Below, in pieces: positions 8,895 through 19,358 of a DNA stretch of 64,000 bases. The stretch's first letter is position 1. Each line of letters starts with the position of its first letter. Origin of the DNA: Limnothrix sp. BL-A-16 (GTDB lineage: Bacteria > Cyanobacteriota > Cyanobacteriia > CACIAM-69d); assembly GCA_041937175.2 (NCBI GenBank), contig CP166615.1:4064001-4128000 (forward strand), given 5' to 3'. The position numbers and the translations under genes are program-made. A model generated the notes under the pieces. It saw only the letters and a program-made list of their open reading frames with translations. It ran no database searches and was not told the DNA's origin.

Positions 8895-9467
8895 TTAACG
8901 GTTGGCTTCATCACCGTTTGCTTCAGGACTGAGCAGGTAGGTAGGGAGCCGATCGATGCTGGTTTGGTTCTTTGCTTGCCAATAGGCTTGCAGACCATCG
9001 GGGCCTTTGCGCTCCGCCCATTCCACTAACTGGGTGCGATCGCCCTGATAGTCAAACAACGGAACCCCAAACCCACAGGAGGTTTGCACCGAATCCACCG
9101 ACAGCAACATGATTTGGCGCGTACCGGGCAGGGCCTCGAATCGATCGAGCCAGGATTGCCAATCGAGATCCCGTGGCCGAATCACGCGCCCTTGGCCATA
9201 CAGCCGCAAAATTAACGGCGCACCCACAAAGCTGCAAAACATGAGGGTTAACCGGCCGTTTTCCGTTACGTGGGCTGCGGTTTCGTTGCCGCTGCCAGTC
9301 ACGTCCAAATAACCCACCAAATTGGGTTCAAAACAGCGAAAGGTGTCCATCCCCTTGGGCGACACATTCACTCGTCCCTCTTGGGGAGCGGATGCCGTGA
9401 AAAACAGCTTCTGTTGTTCAATAAAAGCGGCCAGTTCCGGTGTGATTTGCTCGTAAAATTTTGCCAT
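8895..9467 (-). CDS. Pyridoxamine 5'-phosphate oxidase-like FMN-binding protein
   Basis: FFTASAP, VNVSPKG, DVTGSGNETAAH, ILRLYGQG, QTSCGFGVP. Confidence 0.88.
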   Translation of the reverse strand: MAKFYEQITPELAAFIEQQKLFFTASAPQEGRVNVSPKGMDTFRCFEPNLVGYLDVTGSGNETAAHVTENGRLTLMFCSFVGAPLILRLYGQGRVIRPRDLDWQSWLDRFEALPGTRQIMLLSVDSVQTSCGFGVPLFDYQGDRTQLVEWAERKGPDGLQAYWQAKNQTSIDRLPTYLLSPEANGDEANR

Positions 9468-9609
9468 TTTGTTATCTCTAAACCTCTCTAGGGTTTTCTG
9501 AAATTCTCTGAAATTCTCTAAAATTTAAGCATTTGGAATTCGCAGGCTGGCGTGAATCCTCCAGCACCTTCTCCAATTTCTCAATTTTAGGTTATCCCTA
9601 GGTTATTCA

Positions 9610-11178
9610 ATGGCTGCTGCTTCTCCATCTGCTAGCTGCGCGATCGTCTGGTTTCGTACTGATTTGCGTCTCCATGATCATGAACCGCTCTTGGCGGCTG
9701 CCGAAAGCCACAAGACGTTGATTCCGGTCTATTGTTTTGACCCACGACAGTTTGCGGAAACTGCCTTTGGTTTTCCCAAAACGGGCCCCTTCCGCGCTCG
9801 ATTTTTGCTGGAATCGATTGCTGATCTGCGAGCAGCCTTACGAGCGAAGGGCAGTGATTTAATCGTGCGATCGGGGCTGCCAGAAGTGGTGTTACCGGCC
9901 CTGGCAGCGGAATATGGAGCACAGGCTATTTATTATCACGAAGAGGTGGGAACCGAAGAACAAGCGGTTGAATTGGCCCTCGAAGCAGCTCTGAAGACTC
10001 CACAAGCGCCCAGACCGATCCCGGGAAACATTCAAAGCAAAGTTTATTGGGGCCACACCCTCTATCACCCGGATAATTTGCCCTTTGAGATTGGTCAAAT
10101 CCCAGAGCTATTTACGGAATTTCGGAAAACCGTTGAAGCGCGATCGACCATTGATCCCCCCTTGCCCCCGCCCGATCGCCTGCCACCTCTGCCGCCGGAT
10201 CTGAACCCCGGTGAATTGCCCCGTTTGGCCGATTGGGGGTTGGTGGAACCGGAACCCAGCCCCTTGGCGCTGATCTCGTTTACGGGTGGCGAACAGGCCG
10301 GCTTCCAGCGGCTTCAGGAATACATTTGGGATGGCGATCATTTGCGGGTTTATAAGCAAACGCGCAACGGTATGTTGCAGCCCAATGATGCATCGAAATT
10401 CTCGCCTTGGTTGGCGCTGGGCTGTCTTTCGCCTCGGAAAATTTGGGCCGAAGTGCAAGCCTATGAACAGAAAGTGATTCGCAATGAATCTACCTATTGG
10501 CTCATTTTTGAACTGTTGTGGCGCGACTATTTCCGCTGGATTGTGGCGAAACATCGCCATCGAGTTTTTCGAGTGACGGGTTTGCAGGGAATAGCAATTC
10601 CTTGGCGACGGGATGCGGCGGCTTTTGCGGCTTGGTGCAACGGGCAAACGGGCTATCCCTTGGTGGATGCCAACATGCGAGAACTCCGCGCCACAGGGTT
10701 TATGTCGAATCGAGGTCGTCAAAATGTGGCCAGCTTTTTAACCAAGAATTTGGGAATTGATTGGCGAATGGGGGCCGAGTGGTTTGAATCTTGGTTGATT
10801 GATTATGATGTGTGCAGCAATTGGGGTAATTGGAACTACACGGCTGGGGTGGGAAATGATGCAAGAGGGTTTCGCTTTTTCAATATTTTGAAGCAAGCCA
10901 AGGATTACGATCCGCAAGGGGAATACGTGAAACATTGGCTCCCGGAATTGCGTCAATTGCCCGCTGGAAAAGTGCATCATCCCTGGATGTTGTTGCCCGT
11001 GGAACAGGAGCGGTTTGGTGTACAAATTGGCTGTGATTATCCAGGGGCGATCGTGGATTTGTTTGAGTCGGCGGCGGAGAATGAAGCCCTTTATAACCGA
11101 GCGATCGGGCAGGGTGCTGCGGGTCGCTCAAAGCCGGCCCATCGGGGTTCCCGGCGCGATCGCCCCCGACGACCTTAG
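9610..11178 (+). CDS. Cryptochrome DASH
   Basis: WFRTDLRLHDHEPL, SKFSPWLALGCLSPR, STYWLIFELLWRDYF, GFMSNRGRQNVASFL, DYDVCSNWGNW. Confidence 0.95.
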   Translation: MAAASPSASCAIVWFRTDLRLHDHEPLLAAAESHKTLIPVYCFDPRQFAETAFGFPKTGPFRARFLLESIADLRAALRAKGSDLIVRSGLPEVVLPALAAEYGAQAIYYHEEVGTEEQAVELALEAALKTPQAPRPIPGNIQSKVYWGHTLYHPDNLPFEIGQIPELFTEFRKTVEARSTIDPPLPPPDRLPPLPPDLNPGELPRLADWGLVEPEPSPLALISFTGGEQAGFQRLQEYIWDGDHLRVYKQTRNGMLQPNDASKFSPWLALGCLSPRKIWAEVQAYEQKVIRNESTYWLIFELLWRDYFRWIVAKHRHRVFRVTGLQGIAIPWRRDAAAFAAWCNGQTGYPLVDANMRELRATGFMSNRGRQNVASFLTKNLGIDWRMGAEWFESWLIDYDVCSNWGNWNYTAGVGNDARGFRFFNILKQAKDYDPQGEYVKHWLPELRQLPAGKVHHPWMLLPVEQERFGVQIGCDYPGAIVDLFESAAENEALYNRAIGQGAAGRSKPAHRGSRRDRPRRP

Positions 11179-11454
11179 GAAGCTGTTTCAAAAGCCAAAA
11201 TTGCTACCTTGTAGGTCTGATCGATCGGGACAAACAAGGGGTTTAGGACTTGTCGCCAAATCGTCTGAAACCCTGATTCCACCGTTAGCGGATCGTGGGG
11301 AGCAAGGGGCTTGAGCATCTTGTTACGACGACTAGGGTACGGAAGATCAACCGTTTCAGCCTCACCTCGAAAAATGACGACAGGCCCTTAATCCCTGTGC
11401 TCCGCGATTTATGGATCCTTGCCCCATGCCCAAAGACACTTTTCAGACATTTTC
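11179..11454 (+). mobile_element. Composite MITE copy C: outer element with inner element (11246..11387) in inverted orientation
   Basis: Degenerate TIRs GAAGCTGTTTCAAAAG / CTTTTCAGACATTTTC; inner TIRs GGACTTGTCGCCA / TGACGACAGGCCC; begins immediately after the CRY-DASH stop codon. Confidence 0.8.
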
Positions 11455-11563
11455 TGAGGCATCAAGGGGTTTCATTGATGTTTTGGAGCGGTAACGTTGG
11501 GCCAGGAACTTTGGATAGATACGGTGACGAGAGTAATTCTGGGCAAGATTTGGAGGTAAGAGG

Positions 11564-13324
11564 GTGATGGAGCGATCGATGACAACGGCAGCAACCCACC
11601 AAAATCGGGTCAGCCCTTCCGGTTACGGACTGCGACGGCGGTTGGGGCGATCGCTGGTGGCCTTGGGGGCCAGCCTGCTGGCCGGTGGCTTCGCGCCCGC
11701 CTTGGCCCAAGCTGCCGAGCGGATTGAGCTGACCTTTGGGGCCTTGGGCCTGTCGATCGAAATGAAGTCCCTAGAAGACTTTGTGGCGACCGGTGAAATT
11801 TCCGATGAGCTGGAGTTCTATACCCGGTTTCTGACTCCCGATCAATTGGCTCAGGTGCGATCGGCCCTGACCGATCGCCTGGATATCAACCTGTTGGCCG
11901 TGTCGCAATTCTTCAATGCGCCCCAAGGGGAAACCATCCTGCGGCGCTTGGCCCAAGTGATCCGCACCGGGCGCAATTTACAAAGTGTGCCGGCCCTGCG
12001 TGCTGCGATCGTCCGTTCCGCCGCCGACCCGGAAGGACTAACCCCCCTGAATTTGCTGCGCTACTATCCCACTCCCAGTATGCGAGTGGACTTGGCCCAA
12101 GCCCTGAGCCTGTGGCGACAAATTGAGGAAACCACCATTCACCAAGACCAAGCCACCGCCGCCGTGGAAACGGCCTTTGCGGCCCAAGCTGGCTCTCCCA
12201 TTACGCCGCCCCCTTTTGAGTTGCGACAACCGGGCCCCTATGCGACCGCCAAAACCAACCGTGTAATTCAGCCGCGCGATCGTCGTCCCTTTGCGGCCGA
12301 TCTTTACTGGCCCTTGGCCGCGACGGGCGATCGCCCCGTGGTGGTCATTTCCCACGGACTCGGATCCGATCGACGCACCTATGGTTACCTGGGCGAACAC
12401 TTGGCCTCCCACGGTTTCATTGCCATCCTGCTGGAGCACCCCGGCAGCGACAGCCGCTACATCCAAGCCCTGATTAACGGCGAGGCCAGCGAAGCCGCCG
12501 ACCCCAGGGAGTTCATTTCGCGGCCGGCCGATGTGCGCGACATTCTCAACGAACTGGCAACCAACCCCCAAGCCCCTGGAGGATTCACCGGGGTCATTGA
12601 CCTCGATCGCACGGCCGTAGTGGGGCAGTCCTTTGGTGGATACACCGCCCTGGCCAGTGCCGGGGCCCCGCTGAATTTCAAGCGGCTGAAAACCGACTGC
12701 GCCTCCGACGACCTGTTTTGGAATACGTCGCTGCTGTTGCAATGTCGGGCTTTGGTGGTGCGCCCCACGCCTGACACGGATTATCTATCCCTGCAAGATG
12801 CCAGGGTGAAGGCCGTGGTGGCCATTAGCCCAATTACTTCCAGCCTGTTTGGGCGCGAAGGGATTGCCCAACTGCAAGTGCCCACGGCGATTTTGTCGGC
12901 CAGTAATGACCCGATCGCCCTGCCCTTGTCGGAGCAGTTGCGCCCCTTTGCTCAAATGTCGATCGCGGATAAGTATCTGTTGGTGCTGCGAGGTGGCACG
13001 CATTTTTCAACGCTGGGGGCCACGGGCGATGAAACCGTGCAGCTTCCGGCTAGCTTGGTGGGCCCCCGGCCGGACTTGGCTCGCGACTACACGAAAGCCT
13101 TCATCACGGCTTTTTTGAAGCGATATTTGGGGAACGATCACACTATGGCGAACCATCTCACCCCCCAATGGGCCAATTCCGTTTCTCAGCCAGAGTTGCC
13201 GCTGTATTTGCTGAGTCAACTCTCGATCGAGCAGTTGCCGCGCCCCGTGGCCCACAGGCCAACCAAAAATTCCCGATGGATTGCCAATCGCCACCGGCCC
13301 GATCAACCCATCCAGACCCGCTGA
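11564..13324 (+). CDS. Alpha/beta hydrolase with N-terminal DUF1400 domain
   Basis: Signal peptide ending AQAAERI, DUF1400-like region, VVISHGLGS, GQSFGG nucleophile elbow, GGTHFS. Confidence 0.88.
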   Translation: MMERSMTTAATHQNRVSPSGYGLRRRLGRSLVALGASLLAGGFAPALAQAAERIELTFGALGLSIEMKSLEDFVATGEISDELEFYTRFLTPDQLAQVRSALTDRLDINLLAVSQFFNAPQGETILRRLAQVIRTGRNLQSVPALRAAIVRSAADPEGLTPLNLLRYYPTPSMRVDLAQALSLWRQIEETTIHQDQATAAVETAFAAQAGSPITPPPFELRQPGPYATAKTNRVIQPRDRRPFAADLYWPLAATGDRPVVVISHGLGSDRRTYGYLGEHLASHGFIAILLEHPGSDSRYIQALINGEASEAADPREFISRPADVRDILNELATNPQAPGGFTGVIDLDRTAVVGQSFGGYTALASAGAPLNFKRLKTDCASDDLFWNTSLLLQCRALVVRPTPDTDYLSLQDARVKAVVAISPITSSLFGREGIAQLQVPTAILSASNDPIALPLSEQLRPFAQMSIADKYLLVLRGGTHFSTLGATGDETVQLPASLVGPRPDLARDYTKAFITAFLKRYLGNDHTMANHLTPQWANSVSQPELPLYLLSQLSIEQLPRPVAHRPTKNSRWIANRHRPDQPIQTR

Positions 13325-13412
13325 AGAAATGGGGCTATGGCGAGTGGATTGGGGCGATCGTCAGGGAATTGGGACGAGCAAGCGCTCAATCCTCTAGTTC
13401 AATCCTCTGGGC

Positions 13413-13553
13413 CTAATCTTCGTGATCTTCAAAGGGATCCGACAAATTCTCAGACGGCGGCCCAAAAGCCACATAAATCGAGTACCCCGTGATGGCAACC
13501 AGAATTGTGCCGAGGGCAATTCCCAATGTTAAAGCAGAGTTGTCTTCTAGCAT
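13413..13553 (-). CDS. psbN: Photosystem II assembly protein PsbN (46 aa; below the ORF-track cutoff)
   Basis: Hand translation [46 protein letters not shown]; divergent from psbH as usual. Confidence 0.95.
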   Translation of the reverse strand: MLEDNSALTLGIALGTILVAITGYSIYVAFGPPSENLSDPFEDHED

Positions 13554-13598
13554 GGTTTAAGGGTCTCGATGGCCGGGCCGCTGGCCCATTTCTCGCAA

Positions 13599-13616
13599 AT
13601 TGTAACAATTAGTTAA
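13599..13616 (-). promoter_or_regulatory. Possible HLR1 (RpaB-type) direct repeat upstream of psbN
   Basis: Minus strand TTAACTAA-TT-GTTACAAT versus KTTACAWW-N2-KTTACAWW; one half perfect, the other has 2 mismatches. Confidence 0.35.
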
Positions 13617-13885
13617 GTAAAATCGCAAACTTCTCAGGGAGTCCGCCCGATCGCCCACTGCCCGCTAGCCTTAGTTCTCAGGCCACCGCTGGCTTGCCCC
13701 CACGGAACTCCCCAAACAGCAGGCACAGCCGTTTGATAGAATACCCAATCAAATAGCATTGGCGGCGTGCTGCATTCGTGCGGCAATTGCTGCACTATTT
13801 AATAAAAAGCAACATCAACGGCAACGCCCAGTTGCTTCAACGGCTGCAAGACTCCATTGTTGCGAAACACTACGGTAGGGATAAG

Positions 13886-14089
13886 ATGGCTCAACGGACT
13901 CGCCTGGGCGACATTTTGCGCCCGTTAAATGCGGAATACGGTAAGGTGGCTCCCGGCTGGGGGACGACCCCGCTGATGGCTGTTTTCATGGGGTTGTTTT
14001 TTGTGTTCCTGCTGATCATCTTGCAGGTGTACAACACCTCGATCTTGATTGAAGGCGTTAATGTCGATTGGAAGTCGCTGGGTCAATAG
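13886..14089 (+). CDS. psbH: Photosystem II protein PsbH
   Basis: [31 protein letters not shown]. Confidence 0.97.
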   Translation: MAQRTRLGDILRPLNAEYGKVAPGWGTTPLMAVFMGLFFVFLLIILQVYNTSILIEGVNVDWKSLGQ

Positions 14090-14272
14090 ATTTCGGTGAA
14101 TGGCTTGGGGTGATGAGTCTGCATCAACAGATTTCAGATTTCCACCCCAAGAATGGCCCGCCCGATCGACTGGTTTGAGGAACTAACAGCTAGAGAATTG
14201 CTGAGTTCTGAGCGTTGGATTCTACAAATCTTTGAGAGTTAAGTCATCAACTGGTCGATCGCCCAGTCCCAC

Positions 14273-14297
14273 AGCCCCGGTGTATCCGGGCTTTTTT
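14273..14297 (+). terminator. Intrinsic terminator downstream of psbH
   Basis: GCCCCGG-TGTAT-CCGGGC hairpin followed by TTTTTT. Confidence 0.65.
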
Positions 14298-14346
14298 ATG
14301 GGCAACATTCGCCATACCACCGACCTTGATCTTGGCTTGCTCTTGG

Positions 14347-14624
14347 AAGGATGTCTGAGAAGTAGCTCGGGATGCTGGCAAAGCGCGGGTAGTCGTGGGG
14401 GCAAGGGGCTTAGGGCCTGTCGTCGTTGAGCACGAAACCCTAGACCTGACCTTAACGGATCGTGGGGGGCAAGGGGCTTAAGCCCCTTGTTACGACGATC
14501 TGGGCGCGAAAGATCAACCGTTTCAGCATCACCTTGAAAAATGACGATACCCCCCAAGCCCCTTGTCTCTGTTGCTCGACGAGACGACCGACAGGGTAGT
14601 CGTTTTGGCTTTTCAGACATCCCC
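14347..14624 (-). mobile_element. Composite MITE copy D (reverse orientation) with inner element 14413..14554
   Basis: TIRs AAGGATGTCTGAGAAG / CTTTTCAGACATCCCC; inner TIRs GGGCCTGTCGTCG / TGACGATACCCCC splitting an AAGGGGCTTA..AAGCCCCTT palindrome. Confidence 0.85.
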
Positions 14625-14849
14625 TGAGTCAGACGGACCCTGAGCCTGCGCGACGGGGCCTTGGGATGGAATAATCTGAACGTGCAAATTACTGTTCGAT
14701 TATTTTCGATTATTGGTGTTGACTCGTTGCTAGCCAGTTACGGATTAGCGTTTGTTTGATCATTTTCGTTCGAGCATTTTTGTTTCAGCGTTGTTGCTTG
14801 ATCGTTTTCTTGCGATCGCCCCGGTCATTTCCATTGCAAGGATCGCCCC

Positions 14850-15182
14850 ATGAACATTTTTGGCATTGGCCCAGCAGAGTTGTTTTTGATTGGCGTTGTC
14901 GCTTTGTTGGTCTTTGGCCCGAAAAAGTTGCCGGAAATTGGCCGCAGCCTGGGCAAGACTCTGAAATCCTTCCAGGAAGCCTCGCGGGAATTTGAATCGG
15001 AACTGAAGCGGGAAATGGATCGGGCCGAAGCCCCTGCTTCCACCAGCATGACCGCCACGATCGAGCCGCCTGCACAACCTGCCCTGGCCAGTTCGGAGCC
15101 GGCCACCCCTGTCACCCCCGCCGAAGCGGAACCGGCCCCAGCCGCCAAAACCAATGCGGTAGATTCGATCGATCCGGTTTAG
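14850..15182 (+). CDS. tatA: Twin-arginine translocase TatA/TatE subunit
   Basis: MNIFGIGPAEL, FGPKKLPEIGRSLGKTLKSF; psbH-tatA-pth order is typical of cyanobacteria. Confidence 0.93.
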   Translation: MNIFGIGPAELFLIGVVALLVFGPKKLPEIGRSLGKTLKSFQEASREFESELKREMDRAEAPASTSMTATIEPPAQPALASSEPATPVTPAEAEPAPAAKTNAVDSIDPV

Positions 15183-15279
15183 GGGCTTCCGGTTGGATCG
15201 CTTCCGGTTGAAGTGTTTTCGGTTGGAGTTCTGTTGATTCACCCTTGAAGTCGTCTGCGCTTAAGTCGATTCCAAAGCC

Positions 15280-15981
15280 ATGCCCAAAGGTCAATCTGCA
15301 TCGTCATCAGAACCCCTAATTCCGAAGCTGATTGTGGGGCTGGGCAACCCAGAACCCAAGTACGATCGCACCCGCCACAACATTGGCTTTGAAGTCATTG
15401 ATGAGCTGGCGAAGGTGTGGGGCATTTCCCTGAGCGAAAATCGCCGGTTCAATGCCCTCGCCGGAGAGGGGCGATCGCCCTTTGGCAAGATTTATTTGCT
15501 GAAACCCCTGACCTATATGAATCGATCGGGCCAGGCCATCCGCGCCGCGATCGATTGGTATAAGCTGCCACCGGAATCAGTCCTCACGATCTACGACGAT
15601 ATGGATCTGCCCTTGGGCCGGTTGCGGCTGCGGGAAACCGGCTCGGCCGGCGGTCACAATGGCATGAAATCCACGATTGCCCATCTGGGAACGCAGGATT
15701 TTCCGCGTTTGCGGTTGGGAATTGGGCGGCCCCGGGTGGTCAGCGGCGAAACGGTGTCCCATGTGTTGGGCAAGTTTGCGCCCGAGGAACAACCCACGGT
15801 GCAAGCCCTGTTGCGGTTGAGTGTGGAGACGATCGAGCGATCGCTCCGAGATGGCGTGGCCAAAGCCGCCAGCTTGTATAACAATCGCGATGTGGCTCCA
15901 CCCAAGCCCAAACTGGCCCCCACGCCCGAAGCACCTGCAACGCCCGATCGGGCCCCGCAGGATCCGCAACCGGTTTCCTAG
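15280..15981 (+). CDS. pth: Peptidyl-tRNA hydrolase
   Basis: LIVGLGNP, TRHNIGF, KPLTYMNRSG, YDDMDLP, GSAGGHNGMKS. Confidence 0.97.
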   Translation: MPKGQSASSSEPLIPKLIVGLGNPEPKYDRTRHNIGFEVIDELAKVWGISLSENRRFNALAGEGRSPFGKIYLLKPLTYMNRSGQAIRAAIDWYKLPPESVLTIYDDMDLPLGRLRLRETGSAGGHNGMKSTIAHLGTQDFPRLRLGIGRPRVVSGETVSHVLGKFAPEEQPTVQALLRLSVETIERSLRDGVAKAASLYNNRDVAPPKPKLAPTPEAPATPDRAPQDPQPVS

Positions 15982-16077
15982 CCGAGTTTCCAGCGGCCTA
16001 GCCTGATTCGGTTGATCTGGTTGACCCTGCCCGCTTGTCCACGGTTCATCTACTATTCCGCACTGTCGGCCTGCGCC

Positions 16078-16347
16078 GTGAGTCGTCGAGAAAATCCGTT
16101 GCCCCAAACGATCGCCCTTGTGCGCATTACCCGCCAGTCCTGGAATGAGGGCAAACTAGAAGGCGAAGTCAGCGCTGGGGAATTCACCTGGGAATTTGTT
16201 TGGCACTTTCGCCAAGGAGGGTTGCGGGTTCAGCCGTCCATGGGGCGGGCCCTGATTCGGGAGCCGCTGGCCCGATTTCTGGAAACCCACGACTATCAAC
16301 TAGAAGCGGGCGGCGATTATTCCTTCCCAATCCGGGCCCGGCTCTAG
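16078..16347 (+). CDS. Cyanobacterial DUF3146-like protein
   Basis: VRITRQSW..G.LEGEV, PSMGRALIREPL.RFLE..DYQLE.GGDY; start uncertain. Confidence 0.75.
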   Translation: MSRRENPLPQTIALVRITRQSWNEGKLEGEVSAGEFTWEFVWHFRQGGLRVQPSMGRALIREPLARFLETHDYQLEAGGDYSFPIRARL

Positions 16348-16422
16348 GCATTGCCTCGGGATTTTCTGAAGTTTGCCCGCAGAATTCCTCCCCGCGATTG
16401 TTCAACAACGGAGCAACGAACC

Positions 16423-17880
16423 ATGGTCAAAATTCTGCACCTGTCGGATATTCACATGGGCAGCGGGTTCAGCCATGGGCGCATTGATCCTCAAACGGGT
16501 TTAAACACGCGGCTGCTGGACTTTACGGCGGCCCTGGAGCGTTGCATCGATCGGGCAATTGCTGAACCGGTGGATCTGGTGTTGTTTGGGGGCGATGCCT
16601 TTCCCGACGCTACGCCGCTGCCCATGGTGCAAGAAGCCTTTGCACAACAGTTTCGGCGGCTGGCCGATGCGCAAATTCCGACGGTGTTGTTGGTGGGAAA
16701 CCATGACCAACATGCCCAAGGCCGTGGAGGAGCCAGCCTTTGTATTTACCGCACGCTGGGGGTTCCGGGCTTTGTGGTGGGAGACACGCTGGCGCTGCAT
16801 CGACTGGAAACCAGCCAGGGGCCAGTGCAGGTGCTGACCTTGCCTTGGTTAACCCGATCGACCCTGCTCACCAAGCGGCAAACGGAGGGCCTGTCGTTGG
16901 CGGAAGTGGGGGCGCTGCTGCTCGATCGACTCCAGGCGGCCCTGGAGGGGGAAATTCGGAAGCTCGATCCCGACCAACCCACCATTTTGTTGGCCCACCT
17001 GATGAGCGATCGGGCGCAATTGGGAGCCGAGCGGATGTTGGGCGTGGGCAAAGGCTTCTCGATTCCCCTCAGCACCATCACGCGCCCTGAGTTTGACTAT
17101 GTGGCCCTGGGCCATGTCCACAAGCACCAAAACCTGAATCCCAATAATCAGCCCCCGGTGGTCTATCCCGGCAGCATTGAGCGGGTGGACTTCAGCGAGG
17201 AAACCGAAGAAAAGGGCTATGTATTGCTGACGATCGAGCCAGGGGAACGGGGCCAGCGCCAAACCCAATGGGAATTTTGCCCCCTGCCAGCCCGACCGTT
17301 TCGGACATTGCGGGTGGATTTGGCAGACTGTGACGATCCGTTGGCGGAACTGCTCGGGGCGATCGACCCGGCGGCCATTGAAGGGGCCGTCGTCCGGTTG
17401 GTCTATCGTGTGCGGGCAGAACAGCTTCACCAAATTGAGCTGGCGGCCGTGCGCGATCGACTAGCCGCCGCCCACACCTACAGCCTGCAAGCGGAGTTGA
17501 TGAGCCAACTGGCCCGCCCTCGCCTGCCCAACTTGGATGCCACCACCCTGGATCCGCTGTTGGCCCTAGAGGCCTATTTGGGAGAGCGATCGGACTTAAA
17601 AAACCTGGCCGGCGACATGATCGAGGCCGCCCGAGATCTCTTGGGCTATGCCAGTCCGGCCATTGTGGTGAATCTGCCGGAGCCAACCACAACCCAGACT
17701 GCCAATCCAGATTGCCCAGATCCAGAGTCCAGCCCAGGCCAAAATCCAGCAGCGACATCCAGCGCCGAGCTGGCCACCGATGCTGACGATCTCGAACCGA
17801 CCTCACCCAGCGCCAATGGCCCTGATCGAGCCGTTCAGTCTCCAGCCATTGACCGATCGGGTCAACTCAGACTGCTTTAG
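16423..17880 (+). CDS. sbcD: Nuclease SbcCD subunit D
   Basis: ILHLSDIH, GGDAF, VGNHD, YVALGHVH, YPGSIERVDFSE; low-complexity C-terminal tail. Confidence 0.93.
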   Translation: MVKILHLSDIHMGSGFSHGRIDPQTGLNTRLLDFTAALERCIDRAIAEPVDLVLFGGDAFPDATPLPMVQEAFAQQFRRLADAQIPTVLLVGNHDQHAQGRGGASLCIYRTLGVPGFVVGDTLALHRLETSQGPVQVLTLPWLTRSTLLTKRQTEGLSLAEVGALLLDRLQAALEGEIRKLDPDQPTILLAHLMSDRAQLGAERMLGVGKGFSIPLSTITRPEFDYVALGHVHKHQNLNPNNQPPVVYPGSIERVDFSEETEEKGYVLLTIEPGERGQRQTQWEFCPLPARPFRTLRVDLADCDDPLAELLGAIDPAAIEGAVVRLVYRVRAEQLHQIELAAVRDRLAAAHTYSLQAELMSQLARPRLPNLDATTLDPLLALEAYLGERSDLKNLAGDMIEAARDLLGYASPAIVVNLPEPTTTQTANPDCPDPESSPGQNPAATSSAELATDADDLEPTSPSANGPDRAVQSPAIDRSGQLRLL

Positions 17881-18374
17881 AGGCCAATCACGTACTTGCG
17901 CCATTCCTGGTGTACGCCGCTCTTCACATGCTTCGTCACTTCAAAGTAGAGACTGCTGTGGGGACGGCGGGGCGGCTGGCGCAAAGGCATGTTGGCTTCC
18001 TTGGGGGTGCGATTGCCCTTGCGGATGTTGCAGCGCACGCAGGCCGTGACCATATTTTCCCAATGTTCACCGCCCCCGCGCGATCGGGGAACAACGTGAT
18101 CCAGCGTCAAATCATCGCCCGTGTAGCCACAGTATTGACAGGAGTGGCTATCTCGGTGCAATATGTTTTTCCGCGTTAAGGGAATCTCTTTGTAGGGAAC
18201 CTTGATGTAGTGGCGCAAACGGATCACGGTGGGCAACGGAATGTTGCGGTAAACCACTCGGCCATTATGCTCGACTTGCTCCGCCTTGCCTTTTAGCAAT
18301 AAAACGACTGCCCGCCGCCAACTGGTAATATTGAGCGGCTCATAAGAAGCGTTGAGCACAAGTACTTTGCCCAT
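17877..18374 (-). CDS. Conserved HNH endonuclease
   Basis: VLVLNASYEPL, RDSHSCQYCG, LTLDHVVPRSRGG, CVRCNIRKG. Confidence 0.92.
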   Translation of the reverse strand: MGKVLVLNASYEPLNITSWRRAVVLLLKGKAEQVEHNGRVVYRNIPLPTVIRLRHYIKVPYKEIPLTRKNILHRDSHSCQYCGYTGDDLTLDHVVPRSRGGGEHWENMVTACVRCNIRKGNRTPKEANMPLRQPPRRPHSSLYFEVTKHVKSGVHQEWRKYVIGL

Positions 18375-18474
18375 CGGACAAAACCGCAATTAATTGCAAA
18401 TTATTAAGAATTGCAAACAAAGCTTGCGAAGCGTCGGAGCCAATTGGGACTGATAGTAGCACAACTGACTCGGG

Positions 18475-19176
18475 GTGTGGTTTGCTGATCCCATGGATTA
18501 CCCATCGTTCTGTGGCGGCGGATTCCGGACAAAAACCGCCGATCGCTCAGTGGTGGCGATCGACAATTCTGGTTTGCGGGCCGCAGTTGAGCGATCGCCC
18601 TGGGGATGGGGCTTGCTCACGGGATTTCTGAGTTTGAGCTTCAGTTTGCTCCTAAGTTTGCTGCTGGGTGGTTGTGGGATGCTGCCCTGGGACGGGCCAC
18701 CAACGGCCGTGGTGCAACGGGCGGTGGCGTTGCAGTTGCTGCAAACCCAGACCGATCTATTGCAAGAGTTGGGCGATTCCCCGCTGGCCGCCGGTCGCCA
18801 CCTGAATCCACAGATGTTGCCCGATCGCCCGGTGATCACCCTCGATGACTTGGCGGCAGAACCAGGATTCCGCATCGATCGACTGCGCATCCAAACCCAA
18901 CAGGCCGTGACCATCAACGACAAACCGGGCTGGCAACTGAGCGGTACTTACGATTGGAGCCAAGCTGGGAGCCAAGATTCGCACCATGCTCAGGAAAACC
19001 AGGGCGATCGATTTCCCGCCTCCCGGCAACCGCAACCCAAGGCCCAACAGCACCGATCGCAGCCCTTTTCGGTTTACTTGCAACGCCAAGCTCGGGGCCA
19101 AACCTGGCGACTGGCGCGGCCTGACCTGACCCAATCCACACCCGATCGAGTGGCTTGGCTCACCTACCGTCTCTAA
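18475..19176 (+). CDS. Hypothetical cyanobacterial protein, possible lipoprotein
   Basis: Hydrophobic stretch ending LLLGGC; C-terminal FSVYLQRQARGQTWRLARP; start uncertain. Confidence 0.6.
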   Translation: MWFADPMDYPSFCGGGFRTKTADRSVVAIDNSGLRAAVERSPWGWGLLTGFLSLSFSLLLSLLLGGCGMLPWDGPPTAVVQRAVALQLLQTQTDLLQELGDSPLAAGRHLNPQMLPDRPVITLDDLAAEPGFRIDRLRIQTQQAVTINDKPGWQLSGTYDWSQAGSQDSHHAQENQGDRFPASRQPQPKAQQHRSQPFSVYLQRQARGQTWRLARPDLTQSTPDRVAWLTYRL

Positions 19177-19358
19177 GGGCCGTCTCTAGGGGCCGTCTTT
19201 AGGGATTCTGGGCGAATTCAAGATCAGTTCAGGAGCAATCCAAAAGCAATTCCGCGTTACGACAACAGGCCATCGGGGATCGCGAAAGGGTTGCCCGTTG
19301 GCAAAGGCCCGGCCCGGCCCGAAAATAGACAAGCCGATCGCCATAGAACGCGCCTCCC

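Noticed and set aside
14222..14620. 132-aa ORF, and similar small ORFs at 2353..2652, 11295..11567, 46222..46467 and 59305..59550
   Set aside because: Translations of MITE/palindrome DNA (RGLSPL, KGLKPL peptides); no transposase motifs.
15184..15228. Short tandem repeats (15-bp x3 here; 12-bp units near 20050 and 61935)
   Set aside because: Common slippage-type repeats; no evidence of function.
17877..18374. HNH gene as a mobile or homing endonuclease
   Set aside because: Matches the conserved chromosomal HNH family; host-like composition; no intron or IS ends.
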